Shown: one piece after another, positions 37,647 through 46,663 of the stretch
How positions within the stretch are numbered: position 1 is the first letter of the stretch
How the letters are laid out: each line of letters starts with the position of its first letter
Assembly: GCA_963578105.1 (NCBI GenBank)
Contig: CAUZBP010000013.1
Coordinates: 8,562 to 72,561 of the forward strand
DNA length: 64,000 bases
Direction: 5' to 3'
From: Planctomycetota bacterium
GTDB taxonomy: Bacteria > Planctomycetota > Planctomycetia > Pirellulales > Pirellulaceae
Made by a program: the position numbers and the translations under genes
The notes under the pieces: model-generated
Told to the model about the DNA's origin: nothing
The model's database searches: none
The model's input: the letters and a program-made list of their open reading frames with translations, nothing else

Positions 37647-38762
37647 TTATTCAATCCAACCTCCGCCTAAAACGCGGTTTTTGTCATAGCAGACGACCGC
37701 CTGTCCAGGTGCCACACCGTAGCAGGGTTGCTCGAAGATGACCCGGAAGCGCCGGTTGTCCAAGGGTTCGACCAGCGCGGTTTCAGCCGGACTGTTGTAG
37801 CGAATTTGTGCGCTACAACGAAAAGATGCCTGCGGTTGGGGGATGAGCCAGTTCGCGTCATTGGCGGTCAATTCGCTTCGGGCCAATTCCTCACGCTCGC
37901 CGATGACCACCTGCCGTAAATCTTTGTCAATTCGCACGACGAATCGTGGTTCTCCCAGCGCGACATGCAATCCCTTGCGTTGGCCAATGGTGAAACTTTC
38001 GATGCCAGGGTGCCTGCCGACCACGGTTCCATCAGTGGTGAGGATTTCCCCCGAGGTATCTACTTCACTGCGCCGCGAACGGATAAATTGATCGTGCTTT
38101 CCCGAAGTTACAAAACAGATCTCCTGGCTATCTTTCTTTTCTGCCACTTTCAAACCGAGATCCGAAGCGATCTCTCGGATTTGAGTTTTTTTGTAGTCCC
38201 CTACCGGGAGAAGCATTTTTTTCAGTAGTTCGCGCTCAACGCCGAACAAAACGTAAGACTGATCCTTGCTGACGTCTCGGCCGCGCAACAAGGCGGGCGT
38301 GCTTCCGGTGCCGTCTGCGCTCAGTTGAGCGTAGTGCCCGGTGGCAACAAATTCAGCGGCCACGCTGTCCGCGTAGTCAAAGAGTTTTCCAAACTTAATC
38401 CAGTTGTTGCACATCACGCACGGATTGGGTGTTCGACCGAGGGTGTATTCTTCCACAAAGTAGTCCATGATCTGGCTAAACTCTTGTTCCAGATTCAAGG
38501 CATAGAACGGAATTTCCAATCGGTCAGCCACCCGCCTGCCATCTTCGGCGTCGGCAGCACTGCAACATCCCTGTTTGTGGTCAAGGCGCTGCTTGAGGAT
38601 CGGCAGTTCATCGGTGAATTCCGGCGAAGTGTCACATGTGACCGGAGACGACTCGCCGTGGCGCATGAAGACACCGATCACTTCATGGCCTTGTTGCAGC
38701 AGCAAGTGTGCAGCAACACTACTGTCGACTCCTCCGGACATTGCTAGTACAACGCGGGCCAT
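37647..38762 (-). CDS. mnmA: tRNA 2-thiouridine(34) synthase
   Basis: ATG at 38762 (MARVVLAMSGGVDSSVAAHLL is the PP-loop), then GRTPNPCVMCN, DQSYVL and the C-terminal beta-barrel. The track ORF is over-extended to 38900. Confidence 0.95.
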   Translation of the reverse strand: MARVVLAMSGGVDSSVAAHLLLQQGHEVIGVFMRHGESSPVTCDTSPEFTDELPILKQRLDHKQGCCSAADAEDGRRVADRLEIPFYALNLEQEFSQIMDYFVEEYTLGRTPNPCVMCNNWIKFGKLFDYADSVAAEFVATGHYAQLSADGTGSTPALLRGRDVSKDQSYVLFGVERELLKKMLLPVGDYKKTQIREIASDLGLKVAEKKDSQEICFVTSGKHDQFIRSRRSEVDTSGEILTTDGTVVGRHPGIESFTIGQRKGLHVALGEPRFVVRIDKDLRQVVIGEREELARSELTANDANWLIPQPQASFRCSAQIRYNSPAETALVEPLDNRRFRVIFEQPCYGVAPGQAVVCYDKNRVLGGGWIE

Positions 38763-39002
38763 GGTCTTGAATTCGGAGCGATTCACGGAAGGACTAGTTG
38801 ACGAAAAAACTGGAACGCCTTGGCGGCAGGTGTCTTTTGTTTTCCAACGTTGCACTAAGAATTTTCGACACCCCTTCCTGTAGCTGCCGCACCTTTGCAC
38901 TCAGTCGATCACTTGAAGACATCGTGGAGGTGTGGCAGAGGTAGAGGGTCTTACTTGACATCCATTTACTTCTGGGCGCATTTACTTCTGGGCGCTGTGT
39001 TT

Positions 39003-40298
39003 CTACTCGGTGCCCGCCTGTGCCCGCCATTTTTGCAAAAAGGCACTCATCTTCCCCTGAGCGTAAACGGGTTTGCCATCGACAACAACCAAGCTCACAG
39101 GAAGTTTGCTCTGAAGAACCAGATTGTGTGGGTCTGCGTCGGTCCGTTCGGGGAGTTCTACCGCAATCCAAGAGGCCCTTTTGCCCACGCTTAAAGATCC
39201 CAGCCGCTCGGCGGCTGAGAGCGCCTGTGCGCCATGTAAGGTCCCCATGCGGAGAATCTGGGCACCTGTAACCGCAGGATGTTGTTCCCGCACAAAACGC
39301 ATGTCGGTAAGCAGGTTGAGGTCCGGATTTGACGCTTTGGAATCGGTTCCCAAAGCGACGTGCACACCGGACTGCAGGGCTTGAAGCAATGGATATGCTG
39401 AGTGGCCGAAATAGGCATGTGTCCGAGGACAATAGACCAGGGTCATTCCCTGCGAGTGCTCGGCGAGAAATTGCAGCTCTTCCTGATCCAGGTAATTTCC
39501 GTGAACAATCAGGGCGCGAGGGGCTTCGGCGAGGATCTTCAAGTAATCCAGAGCTCGGAGCGGACGTTGAAAACAGGTCGAATTCCAAATGCCTCGCTCT
39601 TCGAGCAACTCGCGCAGAGGTCCCCGCCCTTCCCGGAGAAATTCGATTTCTGCACGTGTTTCTGCCAGATGCATTGCAAGAGAAAACTTGTGGATGGCTG
39701 CCAGTTTGGCTACCTGGGCGATGAGGGATGCAGCCGCCGTGTAGGGGGCGTGGGGACTGAATCCGATCTGCCAGCTTGTAGTAGCTTGCTCAGCAGAGGC
39801 GATGAGTTCCAGCACTGTAGAGATCAGTTCCTGAATTCTGGTCTCGGACAAACCAATCAGTTCGAAGAAGATCGTTCCGGTTGGACAAGCCTGCTCGAAA
39901 TCCTTTTTATTCCAGGATGTGTTTGCAATCTCCCCCAGGGTGACACTTCCCGTCTGTAGACTCTCAGTCAGACCCTGTGCAATTGGTGAAGGTCCGGAAA
40001 GCCGGCCTGCTTGTTCAGGACTTGTAGCCTCCTGACGATTAGCAAGTACAGCACGGATCCAGTCAGAAAAACACATTCCCGGATTGCCCAGCGGTTGGGG
40101 CAAATGACTGAATTCGAGATGCGTGTGGGCATTTACCAGTGCCGGGAGAATCGCCACGTTTCCCAAGTCCCAGGCAGCAGATGTTGTCTCGCGTGTGACT
40201 TGTGCGATGTGATGACCTTCGACAGAGAGTCCACCTTCCGCGATGGGTGCACGATCAACAGGAAAGACAAATCGGGCCTTGAGGGAGTAATGGCACAC
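39003..40298 (-). CDS. Amidohydrolase-superfamily deaminase/chlorohydrolase-like protein (COG0402-type)
   Basis: HxH metal motif PALVNAHTHLEFS, then AMHLAET, IVHGNYL and VALGTDS. GTG start 8 nt after the upstream permease stop. Confidence 0.85.
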   Translation of the reverse strand: MCHYSLKARFVFPVDRAPIAEGGLSVEGHHIAQVTRETTSAAWDLGNVAILPALVNAHTHLEFSHLPQPLGNPGMCFSDWIRAVLANRQEATSPEQAGRLSGPSPIAQGLTESLQTGSVTLGEIANTSWNKKDFEQACPTGTIFFELIGLSETRIQELISTVLELIASAEQATTSWQIGFSPHAPYTAAASLIAQVAKLAAIHKFSLAMHLAETRAEIEFLREGRGPLRELLEERGIWNSTCFQRPLRALDYLKILAEAPRALIVHGNYLDQEELQFLAEHSQGMTLVYCPRTHAYFGHSAYPLLQALQSGVHVALGTDSKASNPDLNLLTDMRFVREQHPAVTGAQILRMGTLHGAQALSAAERLGSLSVGKRASWIAVELPERTDADPHNLVLQSKLPVSLVVVDGKPVYAQGKMSAFLQKWRAQAGTE

Positions 40299-40306
40299 TT
40301 CGTTTT

Positions 40307-42544
40307 CTACTTGGCAACAGCACGTACGGTTTGGTTGTCAATTGCTTCTTGCAATTGTTCCTCAGCGTACAGTTGATGAGGCAGGCGGCTAAACCAAACC
40401 AAGATCAGTACGGCCAGTGCCAAACTAGCAACAACGAAAGGCCATGAATAGGCGTATCCCCCTTCAATGGATTGCACCGCCCACTTCGCAGCAGGAAGGA
40501 AAGCTAAAAAATCGTCCATCAGAACCTGACTGAGAATCGCCAAGCTGTTGTGCGTCAAGTGAAACAAGATGCAGGTCAGGATGCTTCCCGATTGAACTGC
40601 CAGATATCCAATGACACAGCCCACGATGCTCGCAGCAATGGACTGTTGGATGATCCCGTGGGCGACGCCGAACAACAAGCTGGTGAGTAGAATCGCCCAC
40701 GAAGGATGTCCCAGGTGACGCAATCCTGAAAGGATAAAGCCGCGAAAAGCCAACTCTTCGCAGATGGCTGGCGTCAGTGCGAGAACAAGCAGCAGCGCCC
40801 AAATGTTGGGCGCACCGTCGATTAGTTTTTGGACCATGACCTGAAGTTGTTCGGGAGCCGGATAGAGTTCCTGTAGTTGGGCACTGATTGTCATGGCAGT
40901 CGGGTGCAGCAACGCCGCCAGCAGGAACGCAGCGGGCAAGGTGAACCCGACTGGCATGCGAAAAAGGAGCGTGGCCCGAGGATTTCGTGTAAGAATGAAA
41001 GCCATGATCAGGGCCGGTGCAGCAAAAAATGCGATTTGACTGATGATTGTCACCGTCGCCAGCTCGCTCCAACTTTCAGGTGTTGAAAGCTGGAAGTTGG
41101 CGAAAAACCGCAATATCAAGAGGAATGTTGCACACAGCAAAGCCGCACCGATCGAAGGAGTATCGCCCCGGTTTCTTACCATGTGACGTAGCCAGAGCCC
41201 CGGGTCGACGCGTTCACTTTCTCGGAAGAGAACCGATTCGTTGTTGAATTGGTCGATTGCCCAGCGGATTGCAAACAGGCAGCAGGTTGCTGTCATGCCG
41301 ATGACAGGGATGACGTGGAGCAATGCCAGTTGGTAGTCAGACTCCATCAATGACTTAAGTAACAACATCAGGCCGGTGACGGGTATCAGACTCGTACCCA
41401 GTTCCAGTTGCACGGAGGGAAGGACCGGCAGGACGATCAACGGCATGGTAACCAGCAGTAACGGCATCAAATAATACTGGCCTTCTTTTGCACTTCGGGC
41501 GAAGGTTGCCAAGGCCAGAGACAAGGCGCTAAACAAAGCTGACACGGGAATCAGAGCCACGATCAGCCAAACAAGTGAAATCAGAGGTGGCATTCCCATC
41601 GGCAACTCGGGAAAGGTTTGTTCCAGTTGTTCGAGTTGCCCCATCATTAATGTTGCCGTGACGCTCATGCTGACCAGATTGAGGAGCGCCGTGGCACTGC
41701 TGAAAAGCATGATTGTCAGTAGCTTTCCCCACACAATCTCGCTACGACGAGCCGGGCTGCACAAAAGTGTTTCCAGCGTGCCACGTTCCTTTTCTCCGGC
41801 ACAGAGGTCGATCGCCGGGTAAAATGCTCCAGTCAGTGCCCAGATGAGAATCACGAACGGGAGTAACTTTGACCACACGGCGGCTCGCCGCTGATCCTCC
41901 GACGCCACGTCAGTTTCTTCCGCTACGAAAGGTTTCGCCACGATTTCGGAAATGTTGTTTTGCTTGAGATACTCGCGACCGATATTCTCCCGCCAGTTGT
42001 GCAGTACCATCGCCAGACGTTCTTTTGCAACACGAGATTCATCACGTGTTTGATCATAGATAATGCGCGGGCTTGGTATTTCACCCACCGCTTCGTCGTA
42101 GATGGGCAGACGGGAATCCCCCAGCTGTTTGCGAAAACGTTCGAGTTGCTCGGAAAAGCTGGGAGGGAAAATGATCACCGCATCGAAATCGCCAGATTGA
42201 ACAGCTCGCTTGGCTTCGAATTGAAGTTCCTCACTCCCTTTCGCGTCCGAATCAGAGTCCGCCAGCACGACTTCGAGTAACTCGTTATCTTTCGGGTAAC
42301 TGAACAATCCAGCGGAAAACAGCGTACCCTCGATTAAACGGGGCTGACGGGGTAGATGTTCTGAACCAACGATCCATATACGTACCGGATATTCTCGAGT
42401 GAACTGCATCACCTGGAAGACGAGCATGCCCAACAATGGGTAGAGAAAGATGGGCAGTACGGCAATCGTGAACAACGTACGACGATCTCGCAACTGATCG
42501 CGTACTTCGCGGGAAAAAATCAGTTTGACGTTGGACCATTTCAT
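40307..42544 (-). CDS. ABC-2/NatB-like permease fused to a C-terminal CPBP (CAAX/Abi) intramembrane protease domain
   Basis: The N-terminal ~470 aa is an ABC-2 permease with a large extracytoplasmic loop. The C-terminal part carries CPBP motifs [10 protein letters not shown] (codons at 40754-40759 for EE), LLFGVAHG and FHLTHNSL. Its ATG overlaps the ATPase stop (ATGA at 42541-42544). Confidence 0.85.
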   Translation of the reverse strand: MKWSNVKLIFSREVRDQLRDRRTLFTIAVLPIFLYPLLGMLVFQVMQFTREYPVRIWIVGSEHLPRQPRLIEGTLFSAGLFSYPKDNELLEVVLADSDSDAKGSEELQFEAKRAVQSGDFDAVIIFPPSFSEQLERFRKQLGDSRLPIYDEAVGEIPSPRIIYDQTRDESRVAKERLAMVLHNWRENIGREYLKQNNISEIVAKPFVAEETDVASEDQRRAAVWSKLLPFVILIWALTGAFYPAIDLCAGEKERGTLETLLCSPARRSEIVWGKLLTIMLFSSATALLNLVSMSVTATLMMGQLEQLEQTFPELPMGMPPLISLVWLIVALIPVSALFSALSLALATFARSAKEGQYYLMPLLLVTMPLIVLPVLPSVQLELGTSLIPVTGLMLLLKSLMESDYQLALLHVIPVIGMTATCCLFAIRWAIDQFNNESVLFRESERVDPGLWLRHMVRNRGDTPSIGAALLCATFLLILRFFANFQLSTPESWSELATVTIISQIAFFAAPALIMAFILTRNPRATLLFRMPVGFTLPAAFLLAALLHPTAMTISAQLQELYPAPEQLQVMVQKLIDGAPNIWALLLVLALTPAICEELAFRGFILSGLRHLGHPSWAILLTSLLFGVAHGIIQQSIAASIVGCVIGYLAVQSGSILTCILFHLTHNSLAILSQVLMDDFLAFLPAAKWAVQSIEGGYAYSWPFVVASLALAVLILVWFSRLPHQLYAEEQLQEAIDNQTVRAVAK

Positions 42545-43308
42545 GTACTGCTACTCGCCGCCGTATGCTGCTGGTCGTGTTCGGATATCAGGCGAAAGAA
42601 CAGCTCTTCAAAGTCAGTTTGCTGGTACGATTCCAACAGCTCATGGAGAGTTCCCTCTGACAGAACATGTCCTCGATACATAATTGCAATGCGATCACAA
42701 AGCCGTTCCACCTCACGCATGATATGGGTTGAGAAAATGACACATTTTCCCTGCTCTCGCAACTCACCAATTGTGTCCAGCAGGGCTCGAGCCACCAGGA
42801 CGTCCAGGCCCGAGGTTGCTTCGTCAAAGATTACCACCGGAGGGTCATGGATCAGTGCTCGGGCGATGGAAACTTTCTGTTTCATACCTGTAGACATCTT
42901 CGCGCCCAATAAGTCACGAATTTCATCCATTTGAAGCTTGGAAAACAAATTCTCCATCCGTTCACGCAACGTGTTCGTTTCAACACCGTAAAGCCGTCCG
43001 AAATACTCGACCAATTCCCAGGCCGTCATGCGGTCGTAGACGGCTGTATTCGCTGACACGAATCCAATCTGATAACGCACCAGATCCGGCTGCGTAAGAA
43101 CGTCAAAACCGTTGACACTGACCATGCCGGCAGTTGGGCGCAGAATGGTACTCAAGATACGGAGCACGGTTGTTTTCCCCGCACCGTTTGGTCCCAGTAA
43201 ACCAAAAATCTCACCGGGCTGTGCATGGAAGCTGATACCATCGACGGCCACAAACTGGTCACGTCGCAAATCGGAGTAAGTCTTAGTCAGCTCGCGTACT
43301 TCAATCAT
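42541..43308 (-). CDS. ABC transporter ATP-binding protein (NatA-like)
   Basis: Walker [10 protein letters not shown], signature-like [15 protein letters not shown], Walker [13 protein letters not shown], and the H-loop STH. Confidence 0.95.
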   Translation of the reverse strand: MIEVRELTKTYSDLRRDQFVAVDGISFHAQPGEIFGLLGPNGAGKTTVLRILSTILRPTAGMVSVNGFDVLTQPDLVRYQIGFVSANTAVYDRMTAWELVEYFGRLYGVETNTLRERMENLFSKLQMDEIRDLLGAKMSTGMKQKVSIARALIHDPPVVIFDEATSGLDVLVARALLDTIGELREQGKCVIFSTHIMREVERLCDRIAIMYRGHVLSEGTLHELLESYQQTDFEELFFRLISEHDQQHTAASSST

Positions 43309-43473
43309 GATCGAAGAGATGACCGAGCAGTGCTCGAACTATCGCGTGAAGAAGTTCAGGACCACGACAACCTGGGTGGCCACCACTGGTTCGTGCGGTA
43401 AACGACAGGGAAGGCGGGATTTGTGAATCCTGCTGGAACAAGTTTATTACAACCTACCTTATAAGACGAGACT

Positions 43474-43505
43474 CAAAAACCGTTCACATGTTCAGAAGAA
43501 CGGTT
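43474..43505 (-). terminator. Candidate Rho-independent terminator after the mqn genes
   Basis: The minus strand reads CCGTTC-ttctgaacatgt-GAACGG followed by TTTTT, about 115 nt downstream of the radical SAM gene stop. The stem is short and the loop is 12 nt, so the call is only moderate. Confidence 0.4.
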
Positions 43506-43619
43506 GTTCCGGTTGGTCCACGAGTTTAAATGGTGTGCCCTCAGAACGCGAATAATGTGAATTGTTGTTGAAACCCCGGCAAGCTACTGGTGGGCGACGT
43601 ACCAAATGGTGCGGAGGGC

Positions 43620-44765
43620 CTAATTTATGACAGACAATAGGGATTCGTCTCGCTTTTGATTTGCCTGCACTGCAAAAAATTCGTGCTCTTCGTCGAGTAG
43701 CTCGTAGAACACGTTGCGTTGACGGGGAATATATCCCAGCTCTGAAATTGCATCACGAATCTGTTGCAGGTTCAGATAATGAACAGTACCCGCTTCTGCA
43801 ACTACGTTTTCTTCAATCATCAGGCTGCCCATATCATTGGCTCCGTACAGCATGGCCAACTGACCAACTTTCAAGCCCTGGGTCACCCAGCTTGATTGAA
43901 TGTTGGGAATGTTGTCCAGGTACAAGCGAGCGATTGCCTGCGTTTTGAGGTACTCGAAAGAGCCTGCCGGCGCTACTTTCTCCATCGCCGTGTTTTCAGG
44001 CTGGAATGTCCAGCAAATAAAAGCTGTAAAACCACCTGTTTCATCCTGAAGACGACGTACGCGGTCTAGATGCTCAACGCGCTCCTCTGGAGTTTCAATG
44101 TGTCCAAACATCATCGTGGCTGTGCTGCGACCTCCCAACTCGTGCCACACGCGCATGACCTCAAGCCAGTCATCGGTAAGAACCTTGCCACGCGTCATTT
44201 CTTGACGTACTCGATCCACCAAAATTTCCGCACCACCACCCGGCACGCTCCCTAAACCAGCGTCCTTCAACCTTTCAAGCACCTTTCGAAGCGAGAGTTT
44301 GTTGACTTTGGTGAAATGATGGATTTCAGGAGGACTGAAGCCATGAATATTAACCTGGGGAAATCGGCCTTTAATATCCTGCAGGAGTTGTTCGTACCAA
44401 TCGAGTTTAAAATCGGGATGCAACCCTCCCTGCATCAGAATTTGGTCGCCACCAATGTCGACTGTTTCCTTGACCTTTTGCAAAAGTTCTTCACGTGGCA
44501 GGACATATCCTTCATCAACGTCTTTGGGTGACCGGTAGAAGGCACAAAAATCGCAGACGGCAGTGCAGATATTTGTGTAATTGATGTTTCGGTCGATGTT
44601 GTACGTCCGGTATGGTTCCGGGTGCAGACGTTGAGTGACTTGGTCTGCTGCCTGCCCGAGGTCTGTCAAATCATGAGACTTCATCAACACGAGAGCATCA
44701 GCCGGCACCAATCGTTGGCCATTGACTGCCCGTTCGAGAATCGAAGCAATGGACGAGTTTGTCAT
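43620..44765 (-). CDS. mqnC: Radical SAM menaquinone (futalosine pathway) enzyme, MqnC-type; MqnE cannot be excluded
   Basis: CTAVCDFC (CxxxCxxC) within NIDRNINYTNICTAVCDFCAFYR, then ILMQGGLHPDFKLDWY and IHGFSPPEI. It starts 3 nt after the mqnA stop. I cannot separate MqnC from MqnE by eye. Confidence 0.8.
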   Translation of the reverse strand: MTNSSIASILERAVNGQRLVPADALVLMKSHDLTDLGQAADQVTQRLHPEPYRTYNIDRNINYTNICTAVCDFCAFYRSPKDVDEGYVLPREELLQKVKETVDIGGDQILMQGGLHPDFKLDWYEQLLQDIKGRFPQVNIHGFSPPEIHHFTKVNKLSLRKVLERLKDAGLGSVPGGGAEILVDRVRQEMTRGKVLTDDWLEVMRVWHELGGRSTATMMFGHIETPEERVEHLDRVRRLQDETGGFTAFICWTFQPENTAMEKVAPAGSFEYLKTQAIARLYLDNIPNIQSSWVTQGLKVGQLAMLYGANDMGSLMIEENVVAEAGTVHYLNLQQIRDAISELGYIPRQRNVFYELLDEEHEFFAVQANQKRDESLLSVIN

Positions 44766-44768
44766 ATG

Positions 44769-45572
44769 TTACACTTGAATTCTGCTGGCCGCGAAACTCA
44801 AGTCGCGTCCTGGCGGAGTGATCCCTAACGCGGCGGCGTGTTCATAAAATAAAGCCAACCCACGCAACTCGCGTGGCCCCAGGTGGAAGTGGAGATTGTC
44901 ACGTAAGTAGGTTAAACATTGAGCAGGAGAAAGCCCTGCTTTCACCGCCTCCCGTTTGGCAATCTCATCCAGGCACCTGATCCCGGCATCTCGAGCCGCG
45001 TCTAGCGCCAATTCTGTTCCCCGCAAATCCTTTCCGACGTGGGCAACCCACATCGCAAAGACAAATGGCAATTCTGACCAGCGACACCATTCGTCACCCA
45101 AATCCCAAATCTCCACAAAATCAGCAACCGGTTGATGGATGGCTCGATCACCGATTAGTAACACGGCATCTGCATCACTATCCTGGGCCGTAGCACCAAT
45201 GGGTAAGCTTTCCAGTTCGGGCTCGATGCCGTATCGTTGTTGCAACAGGACTCGAACCAGGGCGATGCTTGTGCGAGAACCCTCGTCCAACGAAACCCGA
45301 CGAATCTTTTCAACGGGTACCCGGCTGAAAAATTTAACGCTCAACACTGGTCCCCGGCAACCAATGCAGGCATCTGAGACAATCGTATACTTGGGGTCTT
45401 GAAAGAACTCGATCGATGGAATCAGGGCCACATCCAGTTCTCCAGTGGCCAGGTCGACAGCCAAACGGCTGGGGAAGTCGTAGATGATTTCTGCATCAGG
45501 TGCGAGTTCGTCCAATCGATACACCAGTGGTTTGGTGTTGAGATAACTAACGGCACCAATTCGAATCGTCAT
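44769..45572 (-). CDS. mqnA: Chorismate dehydratase (futalosine pathway MqnA)
   Basis: ATG at 45572. MTIRIGAVSYLNTKPLVYRL is the typical MqnA N-terminus; periplasmic-binding-protein-like fold. The track ORF is over-extended to 45632. Confidence 0.85.
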   Translation of the reverse strand: MTIRIGAVSYLNTKPLVYRLDELAPDAEIIYDFPSRLAVDLATGELDVALIPSIEFFQDPKYTIVSDACIGCRGPVLSVKFFSRVPVEKIRRVSLDEGSRTSIALVRVLLQQRYGIEPELESLPIGATAQDSDADAVLLIGDRAIHQPVADFVEIWDLGDEWCRWSELPFVFAMWVAHVGKDLRGTELALDAARDAGIRCLDEIAKREAVKAGLSPAQCLTYLRDNLHFHLGPRELRGLALFYEHAAALGITPPGRDLSFAASRIQV

Positions 45573-46015
45573 ATCGCAGCTTGTCCCGGAAAAGAACGGG
45601 GTGGAATTACCACCCATTTTGGCCTCAATCAAAACCGTTGATTATAAAAATTTATAAAATGGCCGCCTAGAGGATAGGACCACGGAAGGGAGGGGCTTTG
45701 ATGGAAATTATCCACATCTCCAACGTATTGTGACAGTTCGGAAAGATGATTTTCGAGGAATAACCAGCCGTTCTCAATGCACTGATGACTCTGCCAAGGT
45801 CCTCCCGACGGCATATTGTATGTTGCGGTTGTCAAATTCAATAAACCACCTGTCAGCCATCTAGTCAACGAGAAATACAAGATTTTGTTCACTGTGGGTG
45901 TTAACGAGATGCGCAGTATGCATCCAAAACACTCGGTAATTTTGGCCACCTGGCAATCACACAAATAGCCGGTTTTCCAAGTATGCCAACGGCCTTGGAA
46001 TCATCGCATGAACGA

Positions 46016-46495
46016 CTACAGATACATCCCCAGGTAGCCTTCCGACTCTTCGCTGGCGGCCTCGATCTGTTCAATTCGTTTTTTTGTCTGTTCCAGGTCG
46101 CCAACTTCAATGTAGCGATCGAACTCAGCCGAAACACTCTTGGGAACGGTTTCGCTAAACCATTGCACAATCGGTTCTGTCAGCCATTCACACGTTTCAC
46201 GAACCAGTTCGATCGAATCCAGGTCACAACGTTCCGATTTTAGATCTTCTGAGTCGGTGAGTACTGTCCCTTCGAATTGGAATTGGATCATTCCCCTCTC
46301 AGCATGGTTGACCACGCGATAGGTGCAACTGGCGTTGAAAAGGTAGTAACTGTTGTGCGTGCCGTGCTTTTCAAGCGCAGCTTTCACCCTCAGGCAACGT
46401 TGCCGATACTTGGGGGAGGCGTCGAGTGGAATGTCCAGTCGCTGGATGCAGCGAAGAGGTAGGCAGTCGAACGTGATTTCGACCCAGTTACTCAT
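46016..46495 (-). CDS. Hypothetical cytoplasmic protein (159 aa)
   Basis: ATG with AGGAGA 9 nt upstream. Balanced composition. I recognise no motif. Confidence 0.65.
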   Translation of the reverse strand: MSNWVEITFDCLPLRCIQRLDIPLDASPKYRQRCLRVKAALEKHGTHNSYYLFNASCTYRVVNHAERGMIQFQFEGTVLTDSEDLKSERCDLDSIELVRETCEWLTEPIVQWFSETVPKSVSAEFDRYIEVGDLEQTKKRIEQIEAASEESEGYLGMYL

Positions 46496-46663
46496 GGTTC
46501 AATTTCTCCTACCAGGGATTTTTGTATGCTAACTGTATTACAAACCGGCGCAACATCAATATGACAGAACAAGGGGGCGTACTCCAGTTGGGCACTGAGG
46601 TTTGCCATCGTGCGAAATAAAACAGGGTACGTGATTCCGGGTGGAGTACCGCGAACGGCCGTC

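Noticed and set aside
38794-39588. 264-aa ORF on the minus strand overlapping the amidohydrolase gene in another frame.
   Set aside because: It has the Arg/Ser/Pro-rich composition typical of an off-frame read through a GC-rich gene. The overlapping frame carries clear amidohydrolase motifs.
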